Made by a program: the position numbers and the translations under genes
The notes under the pieces: model-generated
Databases searched by the model: none
Told to the model about the DNA's origin: nothing
The model's input: the letters and a program-made list of their open reading frames with translations, nothing else
Shown here: positions 11,019-22,637 of the stretch, in pieces
Layout: every line of letters starts with the position of its first letter
Position numbering within the stretch: position 1 is the stretch's first letter
Source: Trichosphaerium sp. ATCC 40318
Lineage: Eukaryota > Protista > Tubulinea
NCBI GenBank assembly: GCA_038496445.1
Contig: JALMLS010000081.1
Location: 124,001 to 188,000 of the forward strand
Length of the DNA stretch: 64,000 bases
Direction: 5' to 3'

Positions 11019-13451
11019 CCGATTTTACTACTGAGCACCAACAGCGGTTGGTGGTTTGTGGATAACATGAAAAACCCAACTATTGGTGTTAAATCAAACC
11101 CATGTTTGTTTTTTTTGACAAATTAATAGTTGACAACTGTAGGAACAAATACAAAAGTGCATGGTGATGGGTGGAGAGTTCAGCGTGTAATATACAAATG
11201 TGATAATCCATATAAAGTCACTTTGGATGTCAAACATAGTCACAACATTCGCACCACCAAAAGAAGTACTATTCAAATAGACTTGCTTGATGAGCCCAAC
11301 AGTTCTGATTCTATGTTTGTACCCACCAACAACAATAGCAATGAGCATGATGAGGCTTTTTCAGTTGAAAATAAAGAGACTGCTAAAGCTACAATATTTG
11401 TTCCTGGTCCAAAACACAAGAGCATTTCTATTGTTGTTGTACTTGGTAGACAAAGGGCCTTGTGGTTTGAAAAGGCTGTGTATTATGACATTTTTCAATA
11501 TAATAGCTAAGTTGTTCTAGGGCAATAGAAAGTGGATTGTATGGGTGAAGATGACAATTAGTAACAAAACTTGTGAACACGATATGTGGGAAATAGAAAC
11601 AAAAGAAATAACTGGCTTTAAGAGAGCATTTAAAGAATGGAAAGCCCAGCAGGACACTGTTCTAGAAAAGCTTGCAAAAATAGGAATAGGACACTGTAAT
11701 AATCCTTCTCGTATGTATCTAACAACTAGGTTTTGCAGTGGATGCCCTATGTATCGGCAATGGGTTACAATTGATGGAAAAACAAAGCTTGTTACCATTC
11801 CACAGTTTTATTGTACAAAATGCTTTTACAAGTGCCACTAGATTGTATACATTGGTATAGATAATATCCCATACTAAACACTTGTATTTGGGGCTTCTGT
11901 AGTATAGGAGAAGCATTTTGTGTAACTGAGGAAGGCGGGTTACACCTAACTATTTGTTTTAGGTAGAATGCTGTTGTATTTAACTTCTCTACTTGTTTTG
12001 TGAGCCGTACTGAGGTGTTGTCTAAATGTGTTATGTACTTTCATGGTTTGTATCAACGGTAAAATAGCCTATGTGTGATTTGAGGTAACATTTGGCGAGA
12101 TAACACAGCTTTTTGCTTTTTTTGCAAATGTAAAAAAAGGCTAACATCCATGCGCATTTGGATGCATATTTTTTGCATTTTCAGCACCGCCAAAAACAGC
12201 ACGGCAGCACTATAAAAGAACAGCGGAGTTGTTTCCGAACGGTTTTACTTCATTTCAGTGAGCTGGGCTTATTCAGCGCATGGAGATATTATGGCTCAAT
12301 AACTCCATTAAACCCCTTTTTAAAGACGATTATTGGTTTTGAGATTTTTTGCCTAATTAGGTAAGTTCTTGCTTAAGCATTTACAATAAGGCAGGATTGG
12401 TGAAAAAAGCAGGTAAAATGGCAAAAACATGAAGTTGGTTGATATAAACTGGGTATTGTTTATGTTGGAAGTGTGTACCAAACCTCTTTGTAATTGTTAT
12501 GTGTTATGTATCATAATAAACTGTTATTTTCTTTTCCTCTATAAAGTGGTGTTTTATGTGTGCCCAAAACATGTGATATACGTGGCAAATAAACGCCCAA
12601 AATGTGCCCAAAATGTGTCCAAAACGTGCGATTTGCGTGGCCAGCATGTGGAAGAGAAACGTGCCTTTTGTGTGGAAAAAAAACATGTCCAAAACATGTC
12701 CAAAACGTGTCTTTTGCGTGGAAAATAAACATGCCCAAAACATGCCCAAAACATGCGATTCGCGTTCTGTCTGATTCCACCACTGAATGTGAATCAATGC
12801 CAGATGAAGAAAAAATCACAAATAAAATGTTATGGAAAGCTACCAACTGGTTAGCTGAATTCAAGGATATTTGGAAGGATTGGGATGGTTTACTTTTTCC
12901 TCCAAATCTCTCCTACCACTGATTAATCCTCACAATACTCATATTAACAAATGTATAATCCACATATTTATCCAATTTCACCATTGTAGGTAATCTGTAC
13001 ATGGCACATACTTTTGACATGTACTTAATCAGCAGCTAACTTACAGATTAAAACAAATAGCAAATCAAACACAACAAAAATGTTAACCTGGCCAAGATTT
13101 AAGCATCATTTAAAGCCAATTTATCAGTTATAACAAATACAAAATTAAGATTTACACTCCAAAATAGGTAAATTCTTTTGAAAAATCAATACCAAGCTGA
13201 CCTCATAGCAAATCATGGTATTGTGTTGGTAAATGAAAACTGGAAAAACTGCAAAAAGTAGTGAAATGTAAAGGTTAAACTGGAAAAACAAAGCCCTCAT
13301 CCAGGAAACAGTGTATGATGAGGTGTATGTGTTTTGGAATGAGTATAAAATTAAACAAAGCATGTATAAAAAAGTAAATTTGAAACAGGGAATCTTTAAA
13401 TATTTACCTGAATAAACAAATAACAATCAAAAGCTGCAATTCATACTACAA

Positions 13452-14576
13452 ATGCTTCAAGGCAAAGTGTACATGCAATGTAGAACTGTTCACGCGCTAC
13501 ACGCGCCGCAGGTTACGAAAAGATCAAATACACCGCGTAATCGCAGGCACCGAGTTCAAACAAGGCCCATCAGTACTGGCGCACACTATAGACGCGTTAT
13601 ACGCAACCAATCTTATACCCACTCATTCACCTGCCAAACGCGCTGGTTCTGTACGGTACACGCAAAGGATACAGTGAAATCAGAAGAAAACAAAAAAACT
13701 GAAGAAACAACGCCCAATCAGGCCCCTCCGTCCACTACTGACGCGAACGCTATCAAAAAAGCGAAAGAGCTTGAGGATAAATTAGCAGAGCTGAGTGACG
13801 ACGAGCAAGACGCACTTTACAAAAAAGAACAACTGGCTATACTCTTGAAGCAACGCATGCACAAAAAAGACGAGTTGAGCGCTATTGCACGCGTAAATTT
13901 CAGCATAAAGTACGCTACACTACCAAACCAACGTCATCGCTCATGCGCGTACCTAGGTACTTATTACCAGGTGTCCAATTGTACACATGTGCGTAATATT
14001 GTACAAATGAAGTTGAGTATCCACTAACAAGGCTTTAGATGTATGGCTAGGAGGATTAGCTGCCTTGGCCGGCATTACACATCTAGCAGGTAAACTGTCA
14101 AAATATTGTTAGTCTACAATGTTTACTTACACCTTTGGTAACCAACAGGGGCAGACACAATAGTGCTAGCGTATAATACCCTAGGATTGGCGTCAATTGC
14201 TGACTTGGAGGCCTATGTACAAACCAAGTCGGCGCTGTTTCAACCTTTTTTCGCAGCCCTGTACATAAACGAAGTGGCAGAGTTCATACGATTGCCGTAT
14301 GTCATTGGTGCTACTTACTTAAAGCAACAAAATGCTCCAGGATTAGCGCCAGAACTGCAAGACTATTATCACACCTATGACAATTTTTTGAAGAGGCGCA
14401 AAGAACGCAAAGAAGAACGCGCTCGAGCTATAGAACAATCCAAAGAAGAAAACTGGGAAAGAGCACAATACTACTGTGGTCCAGAGGCAATGCCAGAGTC
14501 TTTAAAAGACAAATCCACGAACGACGGAGAGAAACAAGAATCCAAAGACAAATCTACAGCGGCGCCAAGCACGTGA
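13452..14576 (+). CDS. Probable mitochondrial FAM210/DUF1279-like membrane protein
   Basis: Arg-rich presequence-like N-terminus and hydrophobic GADTIV...FFAALYINEVAEFIRLPYVIGAT segment. Three short introns. Confidence 0.45.
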
Positions 14577-14843
14577 ACATGTGACAAGTAGAATTTCAGT
14601 TTTTTTTTTCTCCTTATGATTTCCACTTTGATCACTCTTCATCTATGTAACCAACGCACCCAAATAAAGTTAGGAATCATTGTATACTAATACACGCTCT
14701 TTTTTCATTAAATAACTCCCACGTGAATGAGAAAAACTGGCGCTGACTTTTTTTTTCTGGAGAAAAAAACTGAATAGCTTTTGTACTTGCGACCCGCAAG
14801 GTTCGTTCCTGCACCACAACGATCATTATCCTTGCTATACAAG

Positions 14844-17800
14844 ATGGATAAGCCTTTTAACGTTATACGGACTAAGGTATCCATGAAGAAACGGCGCTAC
14901 ATATCTGGAAAGTTTAATCTAGGTACGGCACGCCTTATTACTTCTACTTACCGCAAAACGCACAACTATTTACATTACACCTTTCGGCAGACTTGTCCTA
15001 CATAACCGATCGCATCATAGCCATGGGATTTCCAGCGCAAGGTACGTAGTCCACCAGAAGAATAAAAATTTTGAAATGGCAAGCAACGCACGTTTTTCGA
15101 AGCGGCGTGCTAGATAACGCTGTAAACCCCAAATTTCCGTGACTTTAGTTCGTTCGCTAGTTGCGTACTCTATATAAAGTGCGGTTATGTGTTTTGCACT
15201 CTGGGCTTGACGCACGTGCAAATGAGTTGGAGCTGGCACCACCTTACTGCGCACATAAATTGAATTGACATTAACAAAACAAAACTAACGCAAAAAGGTA
15301 TTGAGGGTCTCTATCGTAACAGCATGAAGGACGTAAAGAACTTTTTGACCACAAGCCATCCAGTACGTGGGTTGATTTTACCCAAATGACTCATATTATG
15401 TTCACGTTACATTGCAAGCCACTCACCGCTCTTAGAATCACTACAAGGTAATTACATATTTTATTGAACCATTCAAGTACAATTTGTCATGACCCATTTC
15501 GACTACCCCACCACTAGATTTACAATCTGTGCTCCGAAAGAAAATACAACCATGACCACTTCCAGAATAGAGTGGCTGAATATCCGTTTGATGATCACAA
15601 TCCTCCGCCCTTTGATCTTATCATCAAAATCTGCGCGGACATAACTGAATGGTATATACACTTGTTTGCACTTATCCAATAATTCCCCGCTTTAGGCTAG
15701 ACAGAGATCCAGCCAATGTGGCCGTACTTCACTGCAAGGCTGGAAAGGCAAGCTTTATTAAGCACCAGATTGGCGACAAAGTTAGATGTCCTCCTAATAT
15801 ATATTGTTTTCTTTAGGGCAGAACTGGAACAATCATATGCTGCTACCTCCTTCATTCTTGTACCTGCAGAACCGCCTCCCAAGCGCTCACATTTTTTGGT
15901 GAAAAGAGGACACATGACGGTAACGTAAGTGTTACAATACCATCGCGAATGCCACATCATCGATACGCTTATATAATCTTCTAACCATGTTTTTTAAAGG
16001 GTGTTACTATACCTAGCCAGCAGCGCTATATCACATACTTTGAGCAATCTCTAAAGCCCTCTGCGAGCTACGTTGGATCTCGCACGGTGTATCTTAACTC
16101 TATTCGTGTCTATAACCTGCCACAAAAACGTGATAAATACTACGTCGGCATAGCAGTCCGCCCCAAACGCTCATTTTATGCTAAACCCGCTGTACGTCCT
16201 CTATTCGCGTCCAAGACAAGCCTGTTCGCGTTCCTGATACACCACATTAGTCCAGAGATACCCAAGGACGCGAAAACTGGATGCGTTTCAAGCTGAACGG
16301 CATACCTGTTAATGGAGATGTCAAAGTGGAGCTCTTTTACAAAAACGTTAAGGTACGCTTATAACGCTACTGTAGCTCTCAACATTAAAGTAAAAAAGCA
16401 TCGATTGTTTGGCGTTTGGATCAATACTGAATTCATACGCAAAAACAAACAACGTATCGTTTTTCACAAGTCAGATTTGGACCACAACGATGCAGACAAC
16501 AGACTCTATCCTTCAAACTTCCGCGCTATAATCACTTTTGATATGGAAGCAGCAGTACGTTATAATTCAAGCACGTGTGTGGAACCTGTTTGGCTAACAG
16601 CATGATTCATAAAAGACAGACGAAAATGGAGAAAAGCCTTCACCAAAGTGTCCTTCATGCAAATTGGATATTGGAAAGACACTTTCTATCATGTTCAAGG
16701 ACAGATGTTATCATTGGGAATGCCTTACTTGCGAAAAGTGTAACGCTTCCCTTGTGGAACGAGGTAGACCTTGGCTCTATTAACGACTAGGTTATTAATC
16801 TTTTCTCTCAACAGGCATTTGTGTGGTCCAAATGACGCTCAATGAAACTGGCAAGCTACTGTACGAAAACCAGCAATCTGAATGACCTTCTGTTATCATC
16901 GTATTAACCGGCATAGCTGCGAAAATTGTGAAGAAGGATTCTTGAAACGATGCATTGGGTGCGCGCTTACACCTTAAATATCCTCCTCTACAAAAGATCT
17001 AACATGACCGCGGTTAGATGCAACAAGCCCGCACACAACGACAACGCTTTCGATATTTCTGGTCTTGGGTGGATATGTGGATCATGCTTCAAATGCTCAA
17101 AATGTGATGGCATACTAATGCACCCATCGTAGGTTCCATCATAATTTTTGTAAAAACACACTTCAAAATGACCAACTAACCCCGTTTAGTGATCCCAACT
17201 TCGATCCTGTTTTTAATGACTACGCTGTAGTTGATGGCGAGCTTATTTGTGCAGGTACGTCGCTTAAATATGACGTTTAAGGGTATCCCGTAAGGAATAT
17301 AACTTGTGATAGCACATAAAAACCCAGAATTACTGCAGCAGGCATATGAGGAGGTACAGAATCCAAACCATTGATATGGGGTTAATCAATCGTGTAGTAT
17401 GTTGAAGCTGAAGCGCTTGAAAGTGCGCAAGAGTCAGAAGAGCAGCCTGAACAACCACAAATAGTAGTTGAATCGCCGCCACAGCCTGATTTGGAGGACT
17501 CATCGACAACAGGTCTCCAAAATCTGAAAGCGATCTCTTATTTTAACATGATCCGTTAGGTTTTCTGATAGACGAGTTTGATCAAGTCAGTGCAGGACTA
17601 GAGCAACTACAGAACGATGTAATGTGCATGGAAGTCCCAGGTTCGACCTACATTCCCGTATTTAGACATTGTATGTATGATTCAATTCAAACTAAGTTCG
17701 TCACGCTTGTAGAGTCCAAAACCTTGCAGCGCGCAAATTCAGCAGCAAACCACAAGGCGTCACCGCCTGCGGAGCCTGTTTTAAAAAAGGTGCGTAAAAC

Positions 17801-19559
17801 ATTTAAAAATGGCTAGTGGCGGTTTTGACATTTTTGGTTGTGCAACATAGGTCAAGTCCACATCAGAGCTACAACCTCCGGATGAAGCTGGTAACGGTTT
17901 TAATAAGACAGGCGTCAAGTCTAGATCTCGTTCAGTACTGAGGATGGCGGAGTACAGGAAAGAACCCGGTACACATCAACGCACTTGTACACACGATCGT
18001 ACGAAACTAAGACAGTATTTCAAGGCCGGAGATTTGTGTTGCTTATCAAGGTGGACAAGAGGGAACCTGTCAAGATGCGCGTCACAGTCAAGACGGCGGA
18101 AGAACTCAAAAATGCAGTTTTGGAAAAGGTTCAGGTTTCAAATGTGCGCTCCATGAAGTACTACGATAGGGACTTCAAATCGTACTTGGCTATCGATCAA
18201 CTCGCAGAATTGCCTGATGCCGTCATAATACAAATCCAGACAAAACAAAGCAAGTCACAATCCCCCAACAACAAACTACTTTTGAATTAACAAACTACAC
18301 TGCCCTTTCACATTGCATCTCACTGACTCATTCACTCAGGCGGTTCTTCATGGAGTAATGGGAATGGAAATGGCGATTGGCAAACTTCCAAACCAAAGAA
18401 AAGGTAAGTAACCTTCCATTCGCAGGCAGTAGCTTACGCCATCAATTGTAGAGGACGATTCGTTAGTGTTCACAGAAGGCCATCGGAAACGCCTCCACCA
18501 AAGCCAAAACCTGCACCTGCACCTGCGCCTGTACCCCCTAGGAAAGAACCAACTCCGCCTGTGGAAGACAAGTCGGGTACAACAATCCTTTCTTACCTAC
18601 CTTCAAAAAAAAGTAACATTTATTTGCACATAGTGTCAAAGCGTTCAGCAAGATGCTCAGTTGACAAAAAGTACGGATTTGCTTTGCATCCCACTCATCT
18701 TATTTGTGTTTTTTGTCTCATTGTGTTGTAGTGCCAGTGTCATTTATTGCAAGCTTTGTAAAGGCGCCATCATAGATCAGTATTTCACAGTAGGATCAAG
18801 AGATCAAACATGGTACAAAATCACTAATCCCCTTATCATCATTGTGCGTTCTAAAGCCAATACCACTCGTAGGCATGTTAAGTGCTTCAATTGCACAGAT
18901 TGTGGCAAGTTTTTGGAAGGAGAAAGAGTCGCAGTCACCGAAGCTAAGGGCCTACAGTGCAGATCATGCGCCAAAAAACCAACGATTAAGTGTGCCACTT
19001 GTGGAGAGTTCATATACGGCGTACACACTGAAGCAGTTGGCAAGATGTACCACCCAAAATGTTTCGTGTGTACGTCCTGCTCTAAGCAGCTCCAAGGCAA
19101 TTTTCACCTTGTTGGAAACGAACAACTGGTACGCACAATTAAACAATGCCATCGTGAAAGCGACAGTACACAACAGTGCTCGTTCTAAGTCGTTTCTTTC
19201 TAGCCACATTGTTTGGACTGTGGGCCTGGGGCAGCACGCGGTGGACGTACTGTTGGGGATTGCCTTACATGCTCTAAACCGGTCTCAGACGCAGGAAAAT
19301 ACTTAGAATTTGGGTACAGTGCCGCAGAACGCATCTTAGCGCATCGCTAATCTTTTTTGCCAAACTACAGAGATAAAGTTGTACATAGTGAGTGTTTTGT
19401 GTGTTATCAGTGTAAGAACAAACTCGATCCAAGCATGTTTTATATCGAGGGCAACAAGGTATGGAACCACAGTCACAAAATGACAATTTTCTTTTTTTAA
19501 TGTAAATTACACGTGTTCACGTTTTTACGTCCACATAGTTGCGCTGCGCCAATTGTTAA
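14844..19559 (+). CDS. PTEN-family phosphatase + C2 + multiple LIM domains (lpten-like)
   Basis: VSMKKRRY, LSYITDRIIAMGFPA, GLYRN, YPFDDHNPP, HCKAGK|GRTG and GVTIPSQQRY. A C2 region follows, then about five LIM-type CxxC..HxxC..CxxC units and a Pro-rich linker. Confidence 0.9.
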
Positions 19560-19684
19560 TTAGAATGTCGACTGGCCACTTTTTTTTTACAGTGCGGGGG
19601 TCATTTCAAGTGTACTTTATAATAATGGAAACTAAAAAAAAGCTGATTTTGGTTTACAACTACAGCTGTATGCTTTTTTTTTTT

Positions 19685-22324
19685 TCAGTTCACTTGGACT
19701 GCTTTCTTTTTTAGTTTAGCTGCCCGCCTAGAGCGTTCAACATCTTTGTATCTATTCCTGTAGTCTTTCACCTCCTTCTGAAGTGCAGGATCCAAGGTTT
19801 CCCAATGAGAATCCTTGAGAACGTGGTAGTAGTTACGCAGTATAAAGTCAAAGCTATCTTCGCGTAGAAATAAACTCTTGAACGCATCTGCCAGCGCTAG
19901 TGAAAAAATAAACGTTAGACCACGACATACGCGGAACTGTACCAAAGAGTAACACAGCGTTCTCTACGCAAAGGTGTCCTAACAAGAACATTTCGCTGCG
20001 ACGTCTGAGATTCTCAATCATGAACCTGCTGCTCAACTCGAAAACTTCTTGTGCTGTGCTCGCTATTATTTCCTATTTGATATCAACACAACCAGTAGTA
20101 TTACAAAGCCGCCACGTACACCCTTCAAGTTGGAAGAATACAAGTACTTCAGTACTCGCCTAAAGCCTTCAAAGCTGATATCCGGAAATGATATGTTGCC
20201 GTCCGTGCTCTCTTTCAACAATGAAGCGCCACAAAACATGGCCCTGCGCACGCATTAAAACCATAATTTAACAAAATCCTACGCACTTGAAGTAATCAGA
20301 TCTAGCCTGCAATATAATACGGTGAGCGCTGATGGATCGGTTTCCAATAGTTATTGTAGCGTCTGAAAATTTTGATTCATTGATGAGCGCCTGCATCTCA
20401 GACGCGTACGTCGATGCAGGTACGCGATCTACACGTATCACACTGATCGCTCGCTCCGAAAGTGCTTCTGTAGATTGGTTTTGAGTATGGAGAGTCGTTA
20501 GAGTGATAAGCTGTACCTAGTCTGTCCAGCTCAGCCCACTTGGCTAACTTTACCATATCTTCGAGGTACTTGTGATTACAGACAAACTTGTCAGCGTACA
20601 GGTATCGCAACAACGTCTTCACTATAGAAAGCCTGTGTTCTGACAGATCGAGAACGTATGGTGCCCTAGTTGAATATGTGAGTGCGAGGTTACACCGCTT
20701 TTAAGAAAGGACAATAAACATGTTCAAAACGTAGACACGTACTCCAGCTTTGAGATGATATCTCTAAATTTTGGCCAACGGCCCCATAATAATATACAGT
20801 GGGCGTTTAGCTCTTTGCCATCTACACAAAGTTAACGCAATTTGTAGCGAGGTGGCGTGGATGATTTGTGTGTACCTTGACACAATACTTTCAAATCGCT
20901 AAAATCCATCTTATTTACGAGCACCTCAAATCCAACCTCGTCTTTCAAATACTGAGATCTCGCCATTCTCCGTAATTCTCTTGTGGCATAGAACAACGCA
21001 GTCTAACCAATCCGTTAATTGATTTTGTTGGGTTTTTTTTTGTTTTCCATTCAAAAAATGTAAAAACGTGTCACCTTGTCTTCAATGGTGTTCTTGATAT
21101 CTATCACCGCAGGGAATCTATATAGGTTTAGCGAATATACACAAGGCGATTTTGTATCCTCATACTTGGCAGCGATCATTTTGAATATCTTCGTTTTATT
21201 TGACAAGATCGCAAGGTGGAGCGCACTGTTGCCTACAACGTCATTTACCTACATTATATGCAACACAAACTAATTGCAAAAAGGCATACCGTCTAAAGGT
21301 TCCTGTACAGAGGCATCGAGATCCTAGGTTGAATGATGAATACATAGAGCCAATGAAATACAAAGGGGGCGGTTGTTAAATTGTACCTCACGCTCTAGCA
21401 GCAACTCTACTATGTCAGCATAACCAGATCTCGATACCATATGCAACGCAGTCTCGCCTACAAACAGTATACTTAACCATAGGTATTTAACAAGATGATC
21501 ATTTCAATGCTATTCTGTGAAAACTCTTGGTACCTTCTTCGTTCTTTAGGTTGACGTCACAATGTCCAACCTCTATTAGAAATCGGGCAATGTACTTATG
21601 ATTCTTAATGCAGCATACATGTAATGGCGTGCCGTGTTTGCTGCTGTTGTGATTGACAGAGCCTACATTCGGGTGAGCCTCCAGTCAGGGAAAATTATGC
21701 GAAATGACACATTACTGCTTGTAATGTATAAAAACGAATGAGGTGTGCTTACATCCATTCATGAGTAGCAGTTGAACAATATCTACCATGCCTCTAGCAG
21801 AGGCAATGTGCATTGGCGATACAGTCCTAAAATTTGAGTTTGTAGACGAACGAGAGGGAGAAGGTAGTAGCACACCTGCAAATGATGGATGGATCAGCTC
21901 CAAAACGGAATAACTCTTCGACGATTTCGCCCTCACTACGCAACACTGCCAAGTGCAGTGGTGTTAATCCGCGGCACCTGAGATGAATGAGTACACATGA
22001 CGCAAAAACTGTTAAAAAAAGCAAGAGTGTAACGCACACAATGTTTGGATCAGCGCCAGCGTTCAATAAAAACGGAACAATGTAGTTATAGCGTCTAAAA
22101 ATCGCCTTGGGTAGATTTTAGCGAAAAGGTGTTACAATAACGCATCGAAATTGTGTCTTTACGCTTATTACGCTTACCAAATACAAGGGAGTGTATCCTT
22201 GCTGTTTTTCATTAATGTTATCTTGTAAATTGGGTGCCGTCCTCAAATACTCCAAGGAGCCAGTCTCAACATGAGCGTGAATGCCTCTAAACTCTTTATA
22301 GGTCTGTGGGTGGCGTGCTGTCAT
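19685..22324 (-). CDS. Ankyrin-repeat and tandem BTB/POZ domain protein (ABTB-like)
   Basis: GYTPLYL, GLTPLHLA and GADP ankyrin motifs; two BTB domains (AHCILLWGRWP; AHRIILQARSDYFK..AMF..FRRVLKYLYS). Confidence 0.85.
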
Positions 22325-22637
22325 TGTTGCGGAGATTTACACTCAGACTGGGTTTCTACACTTGAACGCGCTTCTACAGGCGTATTTCCGCGTTGCACGT
22401 TATTACGGTTGTAAGTGTAATTTGTACAAACCTTCAAAAAGGGTCAGACCTGTCTTGACTCAACTCAAAGCACTGCATTCCACATCACACAGATCAGGCC
22501 GTTTTAGAAACTCTGCGCTAGTTTCGTAGGCGACGCCATAAGAGGCAGAATTTCATAACGTTTCTTGATTATTATCTATTTTTCCTTCAAGAGTTTAAAC
22601 CAACCTTATCGCTCGGAGTATTCACATTGCGTACGCA

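Larger units (their letters stand above)
8978..11033. mobile_element. Non-autonomous TIR element with 35-bp subterminal arrays, TSD AG
   Basis: cagtagtgaaatcgg 8978-8992 / ccgattttactactg ending 11033 (14/15). AG on both flanks. Excision restores the interrupted ORF. Confidence 0.85.
8200..11841 (+). pseudogene. Spliced USP/peptidase C19-like cysteine protease + chromodomain-like + C-terminal Zn finger, interrupted by a transposon
   Basis: Cys box WRNHSCAWD (from 8224); CNC and CKTC fingers; LPLLLTV; His box HFTCYVS|TNSGWWFVDN restored across the 8978-11033 insertion; then VLGRQR..WIVWVK..DMWE and HCNN..CSGC..CTKC. Introns 8287-8325, 8579-8615, 8750-8790 and others keep the frame. 5' end not resolved. 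Confidence 0.65.
7820..12285. mobile_element. TIR DNA transposon with 4-bp ATAT TSD, carrying a protease gene and no visible transposase
   Basis: TIR ctctatgcgctgaata 7820-7835 / tattcagcgcatggag 12270-12285 (15/16). ATAT at 7816-7819 and 12286-12289. The empty-site paralog ggatattatggc is present at ~10449. Confidence 0.8.
4929..12785. mobile_element. Composite TIR element (CAGTGGTGGAATC family), TSD AA
   Basis: cagtggtggaatcagaca 4929-4946 is the perfect inverted match of tgtctgattccaccactg 12768-12785, with AA on both flanks. A second right-end copy ends at 7110. Subterminal GTGCCCAAAAC-type repeats at 4950-5020, 7042-7090 and 12560-12760. Confidence 0.7.

Noticed and set aside
10527-11126. 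Repetitive ORFs (YVARTY, HVLFTRTIYVR) in the ORF track
   Set aside because: Artefacts of the 35-bp tandem array. Only the part after 11035 belongs to the protease gene.
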